48,695 nucleotides of DNA from Catajapyx aquilonaris (taxonomy: Eukaryota). The DNA lies in contig JYFJ02002928.1 in the NCBI GenBank assembly GCA_000934665.2, positions 1-48,695 of the forward strand. The letters run 5' to 3'. A program made the position numbers and the translations under genes. This document shows, piece after piece, positions 22,874 through 36,411 of this stretch; position 1 is the first letter of the stretch, and the number at the start of each line of letters is the position of its first letter. The notes below the pieces were generated by a model. That model was not told the origin of the DNA and ran no database searches. It saw only the letters and a program-made list of their open reading frames with translations.

Positions 22874-23001
22874 ACAACGACGCGGATACGCCATAACATG
22901 GCAACAGATCCATTGTTCACTATCCTCGCGTCTCCTAGGAGGAGGACTTTAGTTGCTAGATGACTCTGTTGTTGCCACGTTATGGCACATCGCGTCGTTG
23001 T
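22874..23001. repeat. Inverted repeat (probable MITE remnant)
   Basis: ACAACGACGCGGATACGCCATAACATGGCAACA / TGTTGCCACGTTATGGCACATCGCGTCGTTGT. Confidence 0.7.
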
Positions 23002-23061
23002 ATATTGAATTCACACCCAAAATGTAGAATTTCTATTTTAATAATGCTTCACAAAAATATT

Positions 23062-23159
23062 GTGTCGAATTTTCGTCCCACTGCTAACTTAGCAGTACCA
23101 GTGCCAACACTAGTACTGTTAAGTTAGAAGTAACTAGCAGTGGGGCGATAATTCCACCC
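23062..23159. mobile_element. MITE family X, copy 2
   Basis: GAATTTTCGTCCCACTGCTA...TAGCAGTGGGGCGATAATTCCACCC; homologous to 41186-41293 with a small deletion. Confidence 0.85.
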
Positions 23160-23459
23160 ACTCTTTGTAATAAAATAATATTTCATGCATAGGGCTATAT
23201 CGTGCACAAAATGCTGTATACGGAAGGCCCACTTGGTACATGATGATGCCTGGAGCTTGACGATATAATGCTTAATATTGACAGGCTGACCAACACAATG
23301 AACACGTCACAAAATGGGGTGGTATAATACTGGAAAATAATATTCATGTCGCGTACTGCGTTTCTCCTTAAAAATACTGTACATGTACCTTACTGTTCTT
23401 ACATGAAGTAGTCCTACAGTTTAGGGAAAAAAGGGCCTATTTTTGCCCACCCGAAAGCG

Positions 23460-23513
23460 TTCGGTTAACCGATGGTTCGGTTGATCAGTGTTCGGATAAT
23501 CGATGCTCCACTG
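23460..23513. mobile_element. pogo/Tigger-like MITE right end
   Basis: Ends TGTTCGGATAATCGATGCTCCACTG|TA with TTCGGTTAACCGA subterminal motif. Confidence 0.6.
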
Positions 23514-24019
23514 TACATGTATTCAACCGATTTCATCGGGAAGGCAGGAAGATCAGTATATATGCTTAGCGCCAGCAATTACGGGCTAGAATCTCTTCAA
23601 TGTGGCAGGATCAATCTTGATATTTTTTCACAATTCACCTAATATTTCCAAACAGAAGCCAAGCATCTTAGTTGTGTTGTTAGCAATATAATGTTTCGGA
23701 AAATAATTTTTAGCATATCTAGCTGACGGCAACAGCATACATGTTGCCTCATACTTGAGCTACATAACTTACAATGTTACAATTTGGAGAGATTTAGTAA
23801 CCAAAAAGCTATTGCCCAGCAAATAAAAAATGCAAATGAACTTCAATGAGTATGTGTCAAATTTATAGAGAGTGCTCCCAGGTATTTATCTACTGTTCAG
23901 CAATATTAAAGCTTAATTAAGACGTGCCTGTGACAGAAAATATACAGTTTTGTGGTTAATATCACTGTTTCTTAGTTTCATATGGATCCTATGACACCGG
24001 AACGATTTTTTCCGTAAAT

Positions 24020-24093
24020 GATCGGTTATCCGAACAATCAGTTATCCGAACACCCCATGGGCAGACTCTGTTCGGATAATCGATGCTCCACTG
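24020..24093. mobile_element. pogo/Tigger-like MITE right end, second copy
   Basis: Identical 27-mer TGTTCGGATAATCGATGCTCCACTGTA; repeated GTTATCCGAACA upstream. Confidence 0.6.
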
Positions 24094-25284
24094 TAGAGCC
24101 TTAAAACCCTGCCAGGATCTAATGCAAATTGTAGGCAGCCATGGCATCGAACGCATATGCAACTTCTCACCTCAACAGCTGAGGTGCACACGTTGACTTC
24201 CACTTTCTCTCTTCGGAGAGAGTTGCGTCATGTCGGAGGACGGGAGCTTTAGGAAAAAATGATCAGGAACCCTTCTGCTAGTACACAACACTGGATAGGT
24301 GTAACCCGGGGTCCTCTGGATCAATATGAAGCGCATGCAGGCAGAAGCCTTAATGAGGATGCCAGACACGCGCTGAAAAACATGATAACGTCCTGTTATC
24401 TCGGATTCCTCCTAAGTGATTCACCCAATGTTTATTTTCTCAGCCCGGGAATGGACCTGACCTAATGAGCCCTGGCATTCTTCATCACACCGGATTCCGA
24501 CTGGACCAGGAATGGGGTGGGTAGGGGGAGTCGGGAAGGGAGTCTTGTCGGGTAACGATAATAATCGTCAGGCAAACTAATCAGGAGTAATGTTAACGCC
24601 ATTGCGGTTGGATTCTCTCGCTGCCCAATCGTCGTTCAGCACTAATAGCTTTTGGTGGATTAGCAGTTGTATAGGCATGAAAACGAACACCATGGCGTCA
24701 GGCTTGAAATTATCAGGCAGTACTCATGCACAGCCAAACTTTTCACTTAAGGTATATTTACACGACAATGCGACAATACTAGAAAAATAATAACTTCACA
24801 CCAATGAATGAGATCAGCTTTCCAGAGGTAATGGCACTTCTAATGCCCCTTATTTTTCTATTTGGAAAATGATATAGGCTACTGATATTTGCCTTCTGCC
24901 CAAAATCACAGATGCTTAATAACCAACCTGCCGCAGCTTCTGTTGCCCTAAATCCCGCAGCAAAGCAACGTATAGTAACGTCGCATCACGTATATAAACA
25001 TCACTCCCAATAACAGGGACGTAAAAAGCTGACGTTACCACAGAGGTGGTTCCATTTAGCCGAAGATGATCCGAATCGCCCATGGGCAGTATCGTGATGG
25101 CGCTGACATAGACGTAGAAAATGTTCCAAAATCCGCGTAACCACGAAGACACGACAAGAACGTCAGATGAGAAGGACGCATCTCAAAGCTTATTGATGGA
25201 TCACGAGACCCCGGCATTCCCGGTTGTCGCAGATTCCATCCCAGCATATTATACACGTACCGGTATGACTGACAGTATAGCATA

Positions 25285-25426
25285 CTATGGGGCTCAAATC
25301 GTTTTGGCCACTTTATCCTGGTCCTGAAGCAACCCTTCGCACAGGCCCTACGGTGAGCAGGTGTATGTGTGTGAAGGGTTGCTTCAAGACCAGGATAAAG
25401 TGACCAAAACAATTTGAGCCCCATAG
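25285..25426. mobile_element. TA-flanked hairpin MITE (family Y), intact
   Basis: CTATGGGGCTCAAAT...ATTTGAGCCCCATAG, ~57-bp arms, TA TSD; second copy at 37654-38155. Confidence 0.92.
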
Positions 25427-28145
25427 TACATCGGCCACGATCCTGAATCGTGGTTTAGGAAAGTGCGAGTTGAGATGCAAAAACTTTGCCAAGCACTCAT
25501 ATGCATACTGTTAACCTTTCACAGTATCCCTGCCATACCTGCAAAATTTTCTGACATGCAGGTCCAGGATGCTCTTTTTTGTGCCACCTCACGCGGTAGG
25601 ACTTTTTCGAGTAGTGCGGAAGTCTCTCAATCCGAATATGCACCTTGCACTTTTCTCTAATATTGTGAAGCAAAACTGCTATTACATAGGAGATCTTGAT
25701 TACAAATAAGTGAGCCTAATGCAGTATATTCTAATATTCACCTTGACCATACCTATCGCCGGGTGTGGAGTTGAGAAGAATGCCATTTATAATGGTAGGT
25801 TTAGACAAAAAAACAACGATTTAGCAAAACATTTCATGTACTAGCTGTATATTCACGTTTAAATTTTGGTTATGTAACAGAACAAGGGCCCAACATCGTC
25901 AAACTGCAATGTTGCGTGGCATTCAGCATGTGTATACAGCATATCGTATCGGTGTAAAAATGACAGGCCATGATGGGAAGGACCTTCTGGTAATATACAG
26001 TGCATTCCAAGTATCCGGGTCCTTTTAATTATGCCCTATAGTCACAAATTTCACCCTAGGTTGTCATTTCTGTGTATCTTTTTGCGACCCAATATAGGTG
26101 CAGAACTATTACCATTATAACACCAGCTACTATATTTGACCACACCTGGGAATAATAATATATCTATGCATCTGGATATTGGCTCAAGAAGCTACACAAA
26201 AATGCCAACTTCGGGAGAAATTTGCGATAAATTAACCGATCCCAGCAGTACCTATTTGGAACACTCTCTCTAAAAACTATTGCTCGTGTGCTTTAAATAA
26301 ATCTAAAATAGTAATTTTTAATTGACACCCCATCAATATATTTCCGGCTCCAGTTGTGTCCTTGTTCTATTGGGGCGTTCAATTAACTTATGCTAATGTT
26401 ATAGAAGACAGAATATTAAGCAATAATAAAGATAAGAGTACATTTTACTCGAGCAGTTTCATCTCAAATTGAGTAGTTTGCATTGTTCACTTTCTGACCC
26501 TAATACATCCCAAATTATCCAGGCAAATCTCTTATATGTATATAATTATGCGTGTTATAGTCCGTATTCTACTATGATAACGTGGTTTTTTCCTTATGCT
26601 TTGTTGGTAGTGCCTCGGGGGACTCCGCATCATAAGTTAATGTACAGGAGGTTGCACAATTCCGGCTTCCCATTACTCCAAAGCTTTGTACAGCAACAAC
26701 CTAATTGCACAGGCATTGTTCATTATAGATGCAGTATTTGCATAGCCTGTGGGTAAAACCATAGACATATCACAGGGTCAGCATTGCCGATGTGTTATAC
26801 ACATACTAGTCTGCATAATATATTGGTGCGTACAGAAATTAAATCCTCTTTGGGCACTAAAAGGCTTAACTTACATTATTTTAAACTAAGACTGTATTGC
26901 AGCCTGCTGTCACAAACCCTTGGCGACTACTGCACACAAACATAACTTATACCGAGGCATTTTTCGAATCATGACATTGGATTTTGTAAACCTAATATAT
27001 CATGCACTCTCGTCTCCAAGCAAATTCCTTCGAGTTACGTACAGCATGTTGCTGTCCATTCAGGCAGGGCTGCACCAGCACTAAAGGCTGACTAATGGTA
27101 TATTATAGAGATTGTCGAATGAGGTGTTTATTATTGTTCTTCACCATTTTCAGAAACAAATGTTATTTCTATCAACGACAAATAACTAGGGGATAAAAAA
27201 TATTCTTCCCTACCCGCGGGGGATGGTCTGTGGCCTAAACCAACACTGCCATTCTCTCTAACAACGGAGGACAAAAGTTCATTATTTCTACCAAATTAAC
27301 AAATACCTCAACACATATTCGCAGTTACTTTTTTGAGGGAGTGCGGAGAATCCGGATGCCACGTTAATCAATTTTCATTTCTATGTTAGTTTTGATATAC
27401 GCCAGACAATTTCTTTTACATTCCGAGGATGCAAGCAACAAAGGGATAACATGAAACATTTATACCTAGCTTCCTATGGAGTGTTGGCTTACACGGCCAT
27501 ATAAAGAAAATTAATTATGGAGTCAAACTTTTGCTAGTCGCAATTGTATAGCCTATATATGCTTTCTCTTTGAAGTGAAGTTTGATATATTTTTTGATAT
27601 AAGGGGACACAAAAAGCAATCATTGAGAGGCCGTGATGGTCATGTCCACTCGGCCGAATCCCCGGAATATAATAAATAAAAAGGAGCCAGAATTGAAGGG
27701 TTTTGCGAGGTTGAACCGGTTGGAAAGTTAGTTGAATGGGTATTATGAGTGGGTCTCCTCAGGGCACAAAGGACTTTCTGGAGAGGACTCCCGGCTCCAT
27801 TGATTCCAGTCACCAAAAGCGCTCCTGAGATTGTCCACTGGACTATAGCCCTCCAGTATAGTGGTCGTCATCCAACAACATTTGCGACCAGAAGAACACT
27901 CGGGGACCATGATCAGCCAACGTCGGCTTTAATCCATAAATCCCCAAGCGATTTCCGTTCTTCCCTTTGTTCTCATCTGATTCATATCAACGGACAATAT
28001 TTGCGAATATCAGCACCCTAAATGCTCGGAAACACGAGACTGCTTACCACGTACATTTTGCGCCATCTTAGCTACAATAATTTTATTCCGTAATGAGACA
28101 TCCAGGGGGAAATATTTCATAGTCAATTCAGCAAATCAAAGAAAG

Positions 28146-28179
28146 ATCATAACTAAGATATAATCATAACTAAGATATA
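28146..28179. repeat. 17-bp tandem duplication
   Basis: ATCATAACTAAGATATA x2. Confidence 0.9.
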
Positions 28180-29339
28180 ACGGCAACATGAGCCAAGAAC
28201 TCAGGTCTTTGATTTTTAGTGATCAATAATTATTGTCGTATAGATTTCGTTCCTCCCACCTTTTTGACCTTCACATGGCCCACGAATGCACGAATGTGTC
28301 GATTGAGGCCATTTTCAAAGATCGGTAGGTGACCACAGAGTCTAAAGGGGAAATTCCTGGGAACTACTTTTGAATGAAAATGCACCGGTTACATGCCTAA
28401 AATTTGCGTAATTTTGGTAAAACATTTAAATACAATTTACACTTAATCCTAGTTAAAATTAAAGATAATTTTCTACGGTGCCCTGAATAGGATTTAGAAA
28501 AGTATTTGCACTTTATTAATTGTAATTACGACAATCAACATTGTATGGATTCCGAGAAAGACAGCAATTACGTTGTAGTAGGCGGAGTAAATCCGGCAAT
28601 TTCAATCCACAATTTGTATTACTTCGTCTAGGCCTTGGTCATGGCCGGTATAGGTGTCATATTTCACGCCTTTTATCCTATATGCACTTTGATGAAAATG
28701 TGATACAAATGGGTACGTGGAAAAGGAAGAATTGAAGAGCGACCCAGTCATACAGTATGCATGCATACCTTGTTTTCAATGCGAAATATTCCTTGGGAGC
28801 GCTGTTGTTTCACATTATTAAATTGAAAATGGTGGCACGTGTATGATAGGTAATCGGTAAAAAACCACTATGCTCGACACAAGATTTTTCGCACAGATGG
28901 TCCTTGATAGTTTGTACTACGCAGTAGACTATATTCCTATTCAACCAATTAGGAAAGCTGCGTGAATTTTTCTTGGTGTCTATTACCATACACAAAAAGT
29001 AATGTCTTTCGAGCTTTTCTTAAGAGGAACGTAAATGTTTTTCCCCCGTTATAAAGAGGGAGTTTACAGGTGCAAACAGACACATATTATGAAGGAGAAT
29101 AGCCTTTTTAGATTATTATCATTTTTATCAGAAAAATTGAACTGGTTTAAGGCATATATGGGTAGGTTTAGTCTGCATAAAAATTTCATGCGTAAGTTTG
29201 AAACCACGTCAGAAAATAAAAAATTTACATCGAAGCACAGAGAAGCCCACCTACCAAACGGGGAGATATATACCCTTAGGCCTATGCAGAACATGGCCAC
29301 AGTTATCTTGTAGCCTTCAGAATCAAAATTTTACAGGTA

Positions 29340-29479
29340 TCAACAGTTCAAAAAGAATTGTCCCTCGCGTCGAGCGGGCAGCCACGCGTCAGGATGAAAG
29401 CAACCAGTTAACTGGTTCCTTTCATCCTGACGCGTGGCTGCCCGCTCGACGCGAGGGACAATTCTTTTTGGACTGTTGA
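29340..29479. mobile_element. Loop-less palindromic MITE
   Basis: Palindrome centred on GTT|AAC (29409/29410), two mismatches, TA on both flanks. Confidence 0.9.
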
Positions 29480-29835
29480 TACATAGGCGGGTGTTACCGG
29501 TAACTCTGGCAAAAATCACAATGTCAGTAGAGGCGGCCCCATAGGCAAGTATTTTGAGCTTAGGTACCCATGTCCGGAAATGCTTTGGTCTGTTGCGCCT
29601 GGTGGGTAGGCAACCCACCGTACTCGAAACTTGCGTTCATCAGGTGTGTCGCGTGTGGAGGAGACGAAGGTGAAAACAATTGAAGGGTTTGGTGGAAAAA
29701 CAGGATATTTTTGTTATTTTCGAGAAAACAAAGAAAAACTGAATCCCCGGAAAACGTTTAAAATGTTTCTAATGATCATTTTTTGTTGAATAGGATGATA
29801 CCAAAGTCAACATGCACCAGGATGTGAAGTTTGTA

Positions 29836-29995
29836 CAGTGTTGGTCATATATCGAGGCAACTGCCAGCGACATTTTCCGAAGCGGCAGAAGAAGGAATCG
29901 AAGATAAGGATATTTCAAGCCGGGTGAGCAAGATTCCTTCTTCTGCCGCTTCGGAAAATGTCGCTCGCGGTTGCCTCGATATATGACCAACACTG
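29836..29995. mobile_element. TA-flanked hairpin MITE (family Z)
   Basis: CAGTGTTGG termini, 64-bp arms with 2 mismatches, TA TSD. Confidence 0.92.
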
Positions 29996-32457
29996 TACGA
30001 TACATATTGCACATACTACAGTGGAGTATAATGTGGACAAGTCTTGTTTTAGCACTGAATGAGAATCAGACATGAGTCCAAATAAATTATTTTTGTGTGT
30101 ATGTTATTAGCATGGACAAACTTTTTTCATATACATAGTGTTTTCATACATCGTGTTACAAAATCATCACCTAATTCATCTTCAGACATGCAGACTCCTC
30201 ATCACTCTGTTCAGCCATACTGCTATGCACCCCTTCCCCCAACGCCACCTCTTGGATGCTTTCTGTAACACTTGCATTCTTTTCTCGCCGCAAGGGAAGT
30301 GGATAATGAGTTACGGTCCTCTCAGATCTGACGGCAGAATACTTGTATTACTGTGGTATTAGAGTCGTAAAACAAAAGTTTAAAAAAGGCATGACTAACA
30401 AAAATACCGAACGGGTTATATAAGGCAATAATATTTTTAACTGCTTATGCATTATCCCTGTCAAAATATCAACTGAGAATCCGACAATAGTGATTCTAGT
30501 GCAAAGCAGCAGCAAATGATTATATTGCTGACCACGTATGAAGCAGCTATCTCAACTCATTTGACTCATTTTGGTGAGTACGGTTTGTTTTCGCAATCCC
30601 ATTATTCAAATAACATTACGGCTTTATTCCCAGTAAGGGACAAAAATTTGAAATCAATCGACGGCCGACAAGCAAGCAAAATCATTTGAACCATCCGCAC
30701 GAGATTAGGATAATTGCATAGTTTTGAGACGCCGCGTAATTAGGCTTTTCGGTAATGAAGTTATTGACCTGAATCCTGTCGGTATTCGCCATTTCCGGTT
30801 GATTATTTGGGTGAAAAAAGTGACGTGTGCTGTCAAATTGGGCCTGAGAGCAGTGCGCAATGTCCGGTCACATTACACTTAACGTTACTCTCCTCGTTGG
30901 TCGAATTTAATTGACTCTGACAATCGGGTTGCTTTTATTCGCCGCAAACACGGCCCCGTCGATGATCGTGATTATTTTCACTGTTTGATCATATTGTTCA
31001 GGGGGGAGGGGGCGCATTCAAACCCTTCATTTGGTAACTCCTACTGGAAATTAATTTCCCGTTACGTTGTGTTTCAATTATCAAACAAGGCAAACGGCGG
31101 AATTACAACTCGATTGCGGATGTGACAGTTAGCACTTTTGGATCATTTGCATGATCTGCTGCAGCCAGAATGGAATCAGGGTTGCCCCCCCCCCCCCNCC
31201 CCGCCCTTCATCCCCATTCCTGCACCTATGTAGATGAAAAATTTACAATCACAGATTTATGCCAAATCAATCCAGGAATGAGCACTAAAATGAACTGTAC
31301 AACTATACAGCGGCTATACTGTTAGCGTGAAGCACAGGATTTGGAATGTGTCGAGTACCCTCCGTTGTCTGTCTTCCTTCAAAATCAATTATTGTCAAAA
31401 TGAGGTCTGCATGCCAAAATATATACTTCAGGACGCGATGCATTTTGAAGCAGCTACATGCGTTAGTGACTGGACAGTCCCTGTGGAAATAACATCGATC
31501 CCTTCATTCTGAATCATGGATTTGACAGGGTCATTTGGTGCGATGAATTTTTAAATGATTGTCCGTCTGTGTCTATGGTATACGCAGTTAACTCAGTGCA
31601 TTTGCAGAAGAAACCCGATCCTGCAACGAGCATACGGCACCGTGTAATACAATAATGAAGCATATAAAAAGATTAAAGACGCCACTACCTGTTCATTGGC
31701 AGGTTAGGTGGATGACATGTCTGTGGCGCACTGGTACTATCATTGGACCGTGTAAACAATGCATACAAAGAGTTTCAAGACAATCACTCCCTCCTTCCCT
31801 TCACAATCTATACAGATAGTCTAATGTAATGTGCATTTTTATGTGTAACTAAGAGCATCAGATTCCGACCGGTATAGGCTATACTGGACGTATACAGTAT
31901 AATAGTAAATAAATGATATGAGAGGGAAATGTGCGCACGAGAGTTGAGGTGAGGTGTTGTTGGTAAACCGACTGCAGCAGAATTTTAACACATCTTTTTG
32001 CCTTTTAATGCACTGTGGACATAAATTTGTCAGCACTTTTTATGATATTAATCAAACATATTAAGAAACTGCAACTTTTTGCATCTCACTGTGGTAAATC
32101 AACTTCGCAATGCTATTTTAAGCAGAATCTGTTCTACTCATAACTTTTGATTGTATTTGTGGCATTTGAACATCTCAGGAAATGAACCGTTGCCGCAAAA
32201 AAAAATTGTACATCATCATAGTTTAAGTAGGTCCACCCGTACTCATATTTTTACGATGACATCAAATTCATTTGATAAAGAAATTGTACGTATTTTGATT
32301 AGTCCCAATGCAATGCCACGCTTTTTAGTGTACCAAAAATGCCTAGCTAACAAATGCAGTAAATTTCTTTTAAGCTAAGTTACATGCAGCCTAGCTATAT
32401 TCTTGTTTTACGTGGATGGGCATCTTAAAATTCTACAACTGACCTATTTTGTTTGTA

Positions 32458-32746
32458 CAGTGTTGGACATTAATCGCGTCATACTGCTAGCGACATTTTC
32501 CGATGCTGCAGACGTTCAAATCGAAGTGATACGCGTAGAGTGCGAGCCGAGAGAGAAAGAAATGGTAGGCCTAGGGTGGCGCCACCGGCTGGGGACAAGC
32601 CTTTTCTCCATTGCCCCCCAGCCGGTGACGTCACCCAAGGCTTACCTCTTCTGATTCGCACGGATCGCACTCTATCACTTCGATTGGCACGTCTGCCGCA
32701 TCGAAAAATGTCGCTAGCAGTACGAAGCGATTAATGTCCAACACTG
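32458..32746. mobile_element. TA-flanked hairpin MITE (family Z, long variant)
   Basis: CAGTGTTGG termini, TA TSD, self-complementary over nearly its whole length; shares AGCGACATTTTCCGA with 29836-29995. Confidence 0.92.
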
Positions 32747-34006
32747 TACAGTATATCGTGAAGAATTGGGCTGATAGGCTGGAATCTCTAAGCTGACTTA
32801 TCAATCAAAATCACATCACACCAGCTCACACCGTATGTTATTCACCATAATCACCCCAATTGACAGGTGCTGTTGTTGGCCTTTATTTCCCACAAATGAC
32901 ATTATTGTTATTGTAATTACTGTTATTGTTATTTTTGTTATAATCCCCCCCCCCCCAATCCATTATTGCAGCATCACATGTTAAACACTTTTCGATATCG
33001 CATTTCTTACGCAACTTACTGGGTAAGCTATTGATATGTGTGTAACACTGGAAATATTCAATAAAAATGCAGTCGAACCCAATATTTCAGTTAAATCTAC
33101 GCCTATTCATGGTTTAGAAAGAGATTACTAAAAATTGACAATAACAGGCCGATAGTTCAGTTGAAACTGGGACATCCAAGGGACCAAATAGCACCCGTGA
33201 ATTCAAAATGGCGTGCCATGGATATGCCTAAAGAAGGAACCTAACTGAATAATAGTAACCAAAAGAAGAAGGAAAGTGTGGTGGGAATGAATATAACGAA
33301 GAGTATAGGACGTATCCAACTGCGTGGTCCTGGCTGGGCTGCTGACGATTCTAATCTGCTTGTCCAGAAGGGGCGTCCAGCTCATTATCGCCCCCTTTCC
33401 AACACTACTCCTAATGGCCCTCGTGTTACCAGAGACCCTTTGCTGTGCACCCGAATTACCTTCGCAGCCCAAAGGAAATTAGCCGTTCTCTCAGGACATC
33501 CCCCACACTAGAGGACACGCTTTGTTTGCGGTTTTCCACTCGGCTCTGCTCATTCCAGCCACCTCCCCAACCCCCCATCCACACCACACACCCACCCACC
33601 TCTTCTATACTGGATACTTGACCAGGTGATACTTTGCCTTTGCCAACTAACACTCTACTCTGCGCACTGTTGGCACCCAAAAACCGCCAAAGAAAATGCC
33701 TTCAATACTGCACAGTACGTACCACGTACTGTATGTTATATCACGCGAGGACTTTTTCAGCTGGACAAGTGTTCAATTGCATGGTCAGTACCAGTTCAAC
33801 TATCACTTGAAATATTACCTCTCTGGGATTGCTCATTCCAGGATAATTTATGTTGACCGAACTTGCGCAGAATATTATTATTCACTATGTTATTACCGGC
33901 ATTGAACGAACCGGTTTTAATTGCCATGTATATGGGGCGTGTTCGTTGTTCATTAAAAATAAAAATAGCCAATCAAAAAAGGATCTGTAACGTTATACGC
34001 GAATTA

Positions 34007-34009
<3 letters not shown>

Positions 34010-34069
<60 letters not shown>
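34010..34069. repeat. (AAT)n microsatellite
   Basis: About 20 perfect units. Confidence 0.98.
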
Positions 34070-34070
<1 letters not shown>

Positions 34071-35144
34071 TTTACAGAAGCCTTTGCGGTAATGATTGTG
34101 TTTAGTAAATACACCTCTAAACAATAATTACTGCTGTATCCGGATCTCAAATTATGAATATCATTAGAGGCATTATTATTGCAAATTGACCCTTGACAAT
34201 TGAGAGCTCTTAGTGCATTGTTGGCTGGTGTTTTGAATGCGCGTAGCCTATAAAATGGATCCCTCGACGAGGCTAGCAGCACGCAATGCATTTTCCTCCA
34301 TCCTGAATCCGGGCGTTAGTACTTTTTGTGTGTCCATAGCCCTTCTTTTTTGCTGGGGTTTCTGGCTGAGTGTCAAGAAGTGTGGTATCCTTGTAGTGGA
34401 GCGTTAGTACAGTGTGGTCCGGATCGAGTCCGGGTGCGAGCAGAGTATCGATCATGGCCAGCATCCATCGCCTGGTTGATATGTCCGCAAAAGCAGAAGA
34501 AAGGCGCCGTTACTCGCCCCGGGCTCCATATTTCGTCCTGCAGAGGGCATATTTACCTTCCACTCCAACCGGAGACTAAAAGACTTGGCCTTGCAGCATG
34601 AGCAAGTAGCTAGGAAAAGAAGAAGCAGCGAGGCCGTCGTCGTCATACTATATGTACAGTAGGGATGGCTTCAATATGCTGATTGTTGCCGATGTTTTTT
34701 CGGGCTGACACTGTGTTGACTCAGGGCTTGACTTAGCCGAGGTTATATCGGGTTGTGTGCACAGGTTTAATCAAATGCGCTATTGGATTTTGCCGTACCT
34801 GCTGGGGAAAAGGCTTTTACATGTTTCGGACTTATAGAGGGCCCGGGGCCAGGCATATTCACTTCCATTTAGAAATAACACGTACTCCGTATTCAATCAA
34901 TAAGCTACGCATGTCCAACTTGGCTACTGGGCCCAGTACAGCTCCTTCCTCATTTTATATGCAAGCCCAGATTCCACATGAAAGCTCATCTTCTTGTGGC
35001 TTCTAATGATCTGCTGCTAATGGTTCAAATTTACAACCCTCCTCCTCCAACCCACCAGAGTCATTTGGCAGACTCTGATGGAGGTACTCGAGCATTGTGC
35101 AAATTATATTTTGCAACATCTATCCATAAAATACCATCAATGTA

Positions 35145-35765
35145 TAGTAGGAATCATAACATGATGAACTTAAAAAAAATGGTAGAGCTGTAAATTGCAA
35201 CAGTGCAAGGGTTTGGGCTGGCCACAGTAGGAGGGGGTCAGATAAGTGTGACCCTTCCTAATCTACTGTCCTCGGGCTTATCACAAGTAGGGAAGTGAAC
35301 CTTTTAAAATAATCGGATAGCTTTTTTAATGACGCACCTTTTTGCATTTTTGACGGCAAATATGAATTCTAAGGTGTCGAAAACCTATCTTTTCATACTC
35401 GATTCGTACCAGGCATGTCACAAACAGGCCCACGGAAACCCATATGTATATTAAGAAAACTTGTTGAAGTTATCATGCTAGATCTACTTTTGACATGACT
35501 GGTATGAATCAGGTATGAAAATATATGTTTTCGACACCTTAGGATTCAGATTTGCTGTCAAAAATGCAAAAAGGTGCGTCTTTAAAAAGGTTAACGGATT
35601 AGTTTAGAAGGCCCACTACCCCACCTGATATCAGCCCAGGGAGGGTAGATTAGGAAGGGTCTCACTTATCTGACCCCTCCTACCATGACCAGCTCAAACG
35701 CTTGCACTGTTGTAATTTACAACTCTACAATTTTTTTGAAGTTCATAATGTTCTGATTCCTACTA
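35145..35765. mobile_element. Long-TIR foldback DNA element (superfamily uncertain)
   Basis: ~275-bp diverged inverted arms (to ~35420 and from ~35491), termini TAGTAGGAATCA / TGATTCCTACTA, TA on both flanks. Confidence 0.85.
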
Positions 35766-36283
35766 TACAGGTCAAATGCGCATGCATGCGGCTGACTCAC
35801 TAATGTACTACTGTACTAAACATAAACCAGAAATGGTATGAATCCATTCCGTGATAACACTTGGAAACTAAGTTACTCCAGTTCCGACTTACATCATCAC
35901 CCTCTCAGTCGAATTCGAACCGAAAGCCGTGGCGGATGAAAATCTTTTTGGCGGTAGCAGACTTTTACATGCACTACTTTCCATGTCTTTTATACGCGTC
36001 CTAGTCCGTGACCACATCGCTCCCTTTCTATCCGCGCCGCCAATAATGCAGTAGCTCACGTGATGCAATGAATGACGTAAGTCCTAACTATAAAACCCTA
36101 GTGTGGTAGACTACTCTTAAGTCATGTTGCGTACCTTTTACTTACATATTTAAGATAGGGGAATAGGGGAATGTGATGATTGTGTAGCCTACTTTTATTA
36201 TGCCACGAGAAATAAGCTCTGTAGAGTATAATTATCTGATTTCCTTCTTGTACGACTATATGTAATTGTTATGTCACACTTAC

Positions 36284-36367
36284 TGGCAGAAGTAGACGGT
36301 GTTGTCATCGCCCTGCCAAGTTTCGTGCAGTTCTTCGAGATAAATGGAACGACTCTCCTTCAATGTG
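36284..36367 (-). other. Candidate 84-nt internal exon, gene unknown
   Basis: Minus strand CTTCCCTTTCCACTAG| 84 nt |GTAAGT; only one frame open: TLKESRSIYLEELHETWQGDDNTVYFC. No partner exons or homology recognised. Confidence 0.25.
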
Positions 36368-36411
36368 CTAGTGGAAAGGGAAGATCTGGCTGTTCAATAT
36401 CAAGCAGTATA

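Noticed and set aside
31184..31202. Poly-C run containing an N
   Set aside because: Homopolymer with an ambiguous base; a sequencing issue, not a feature.
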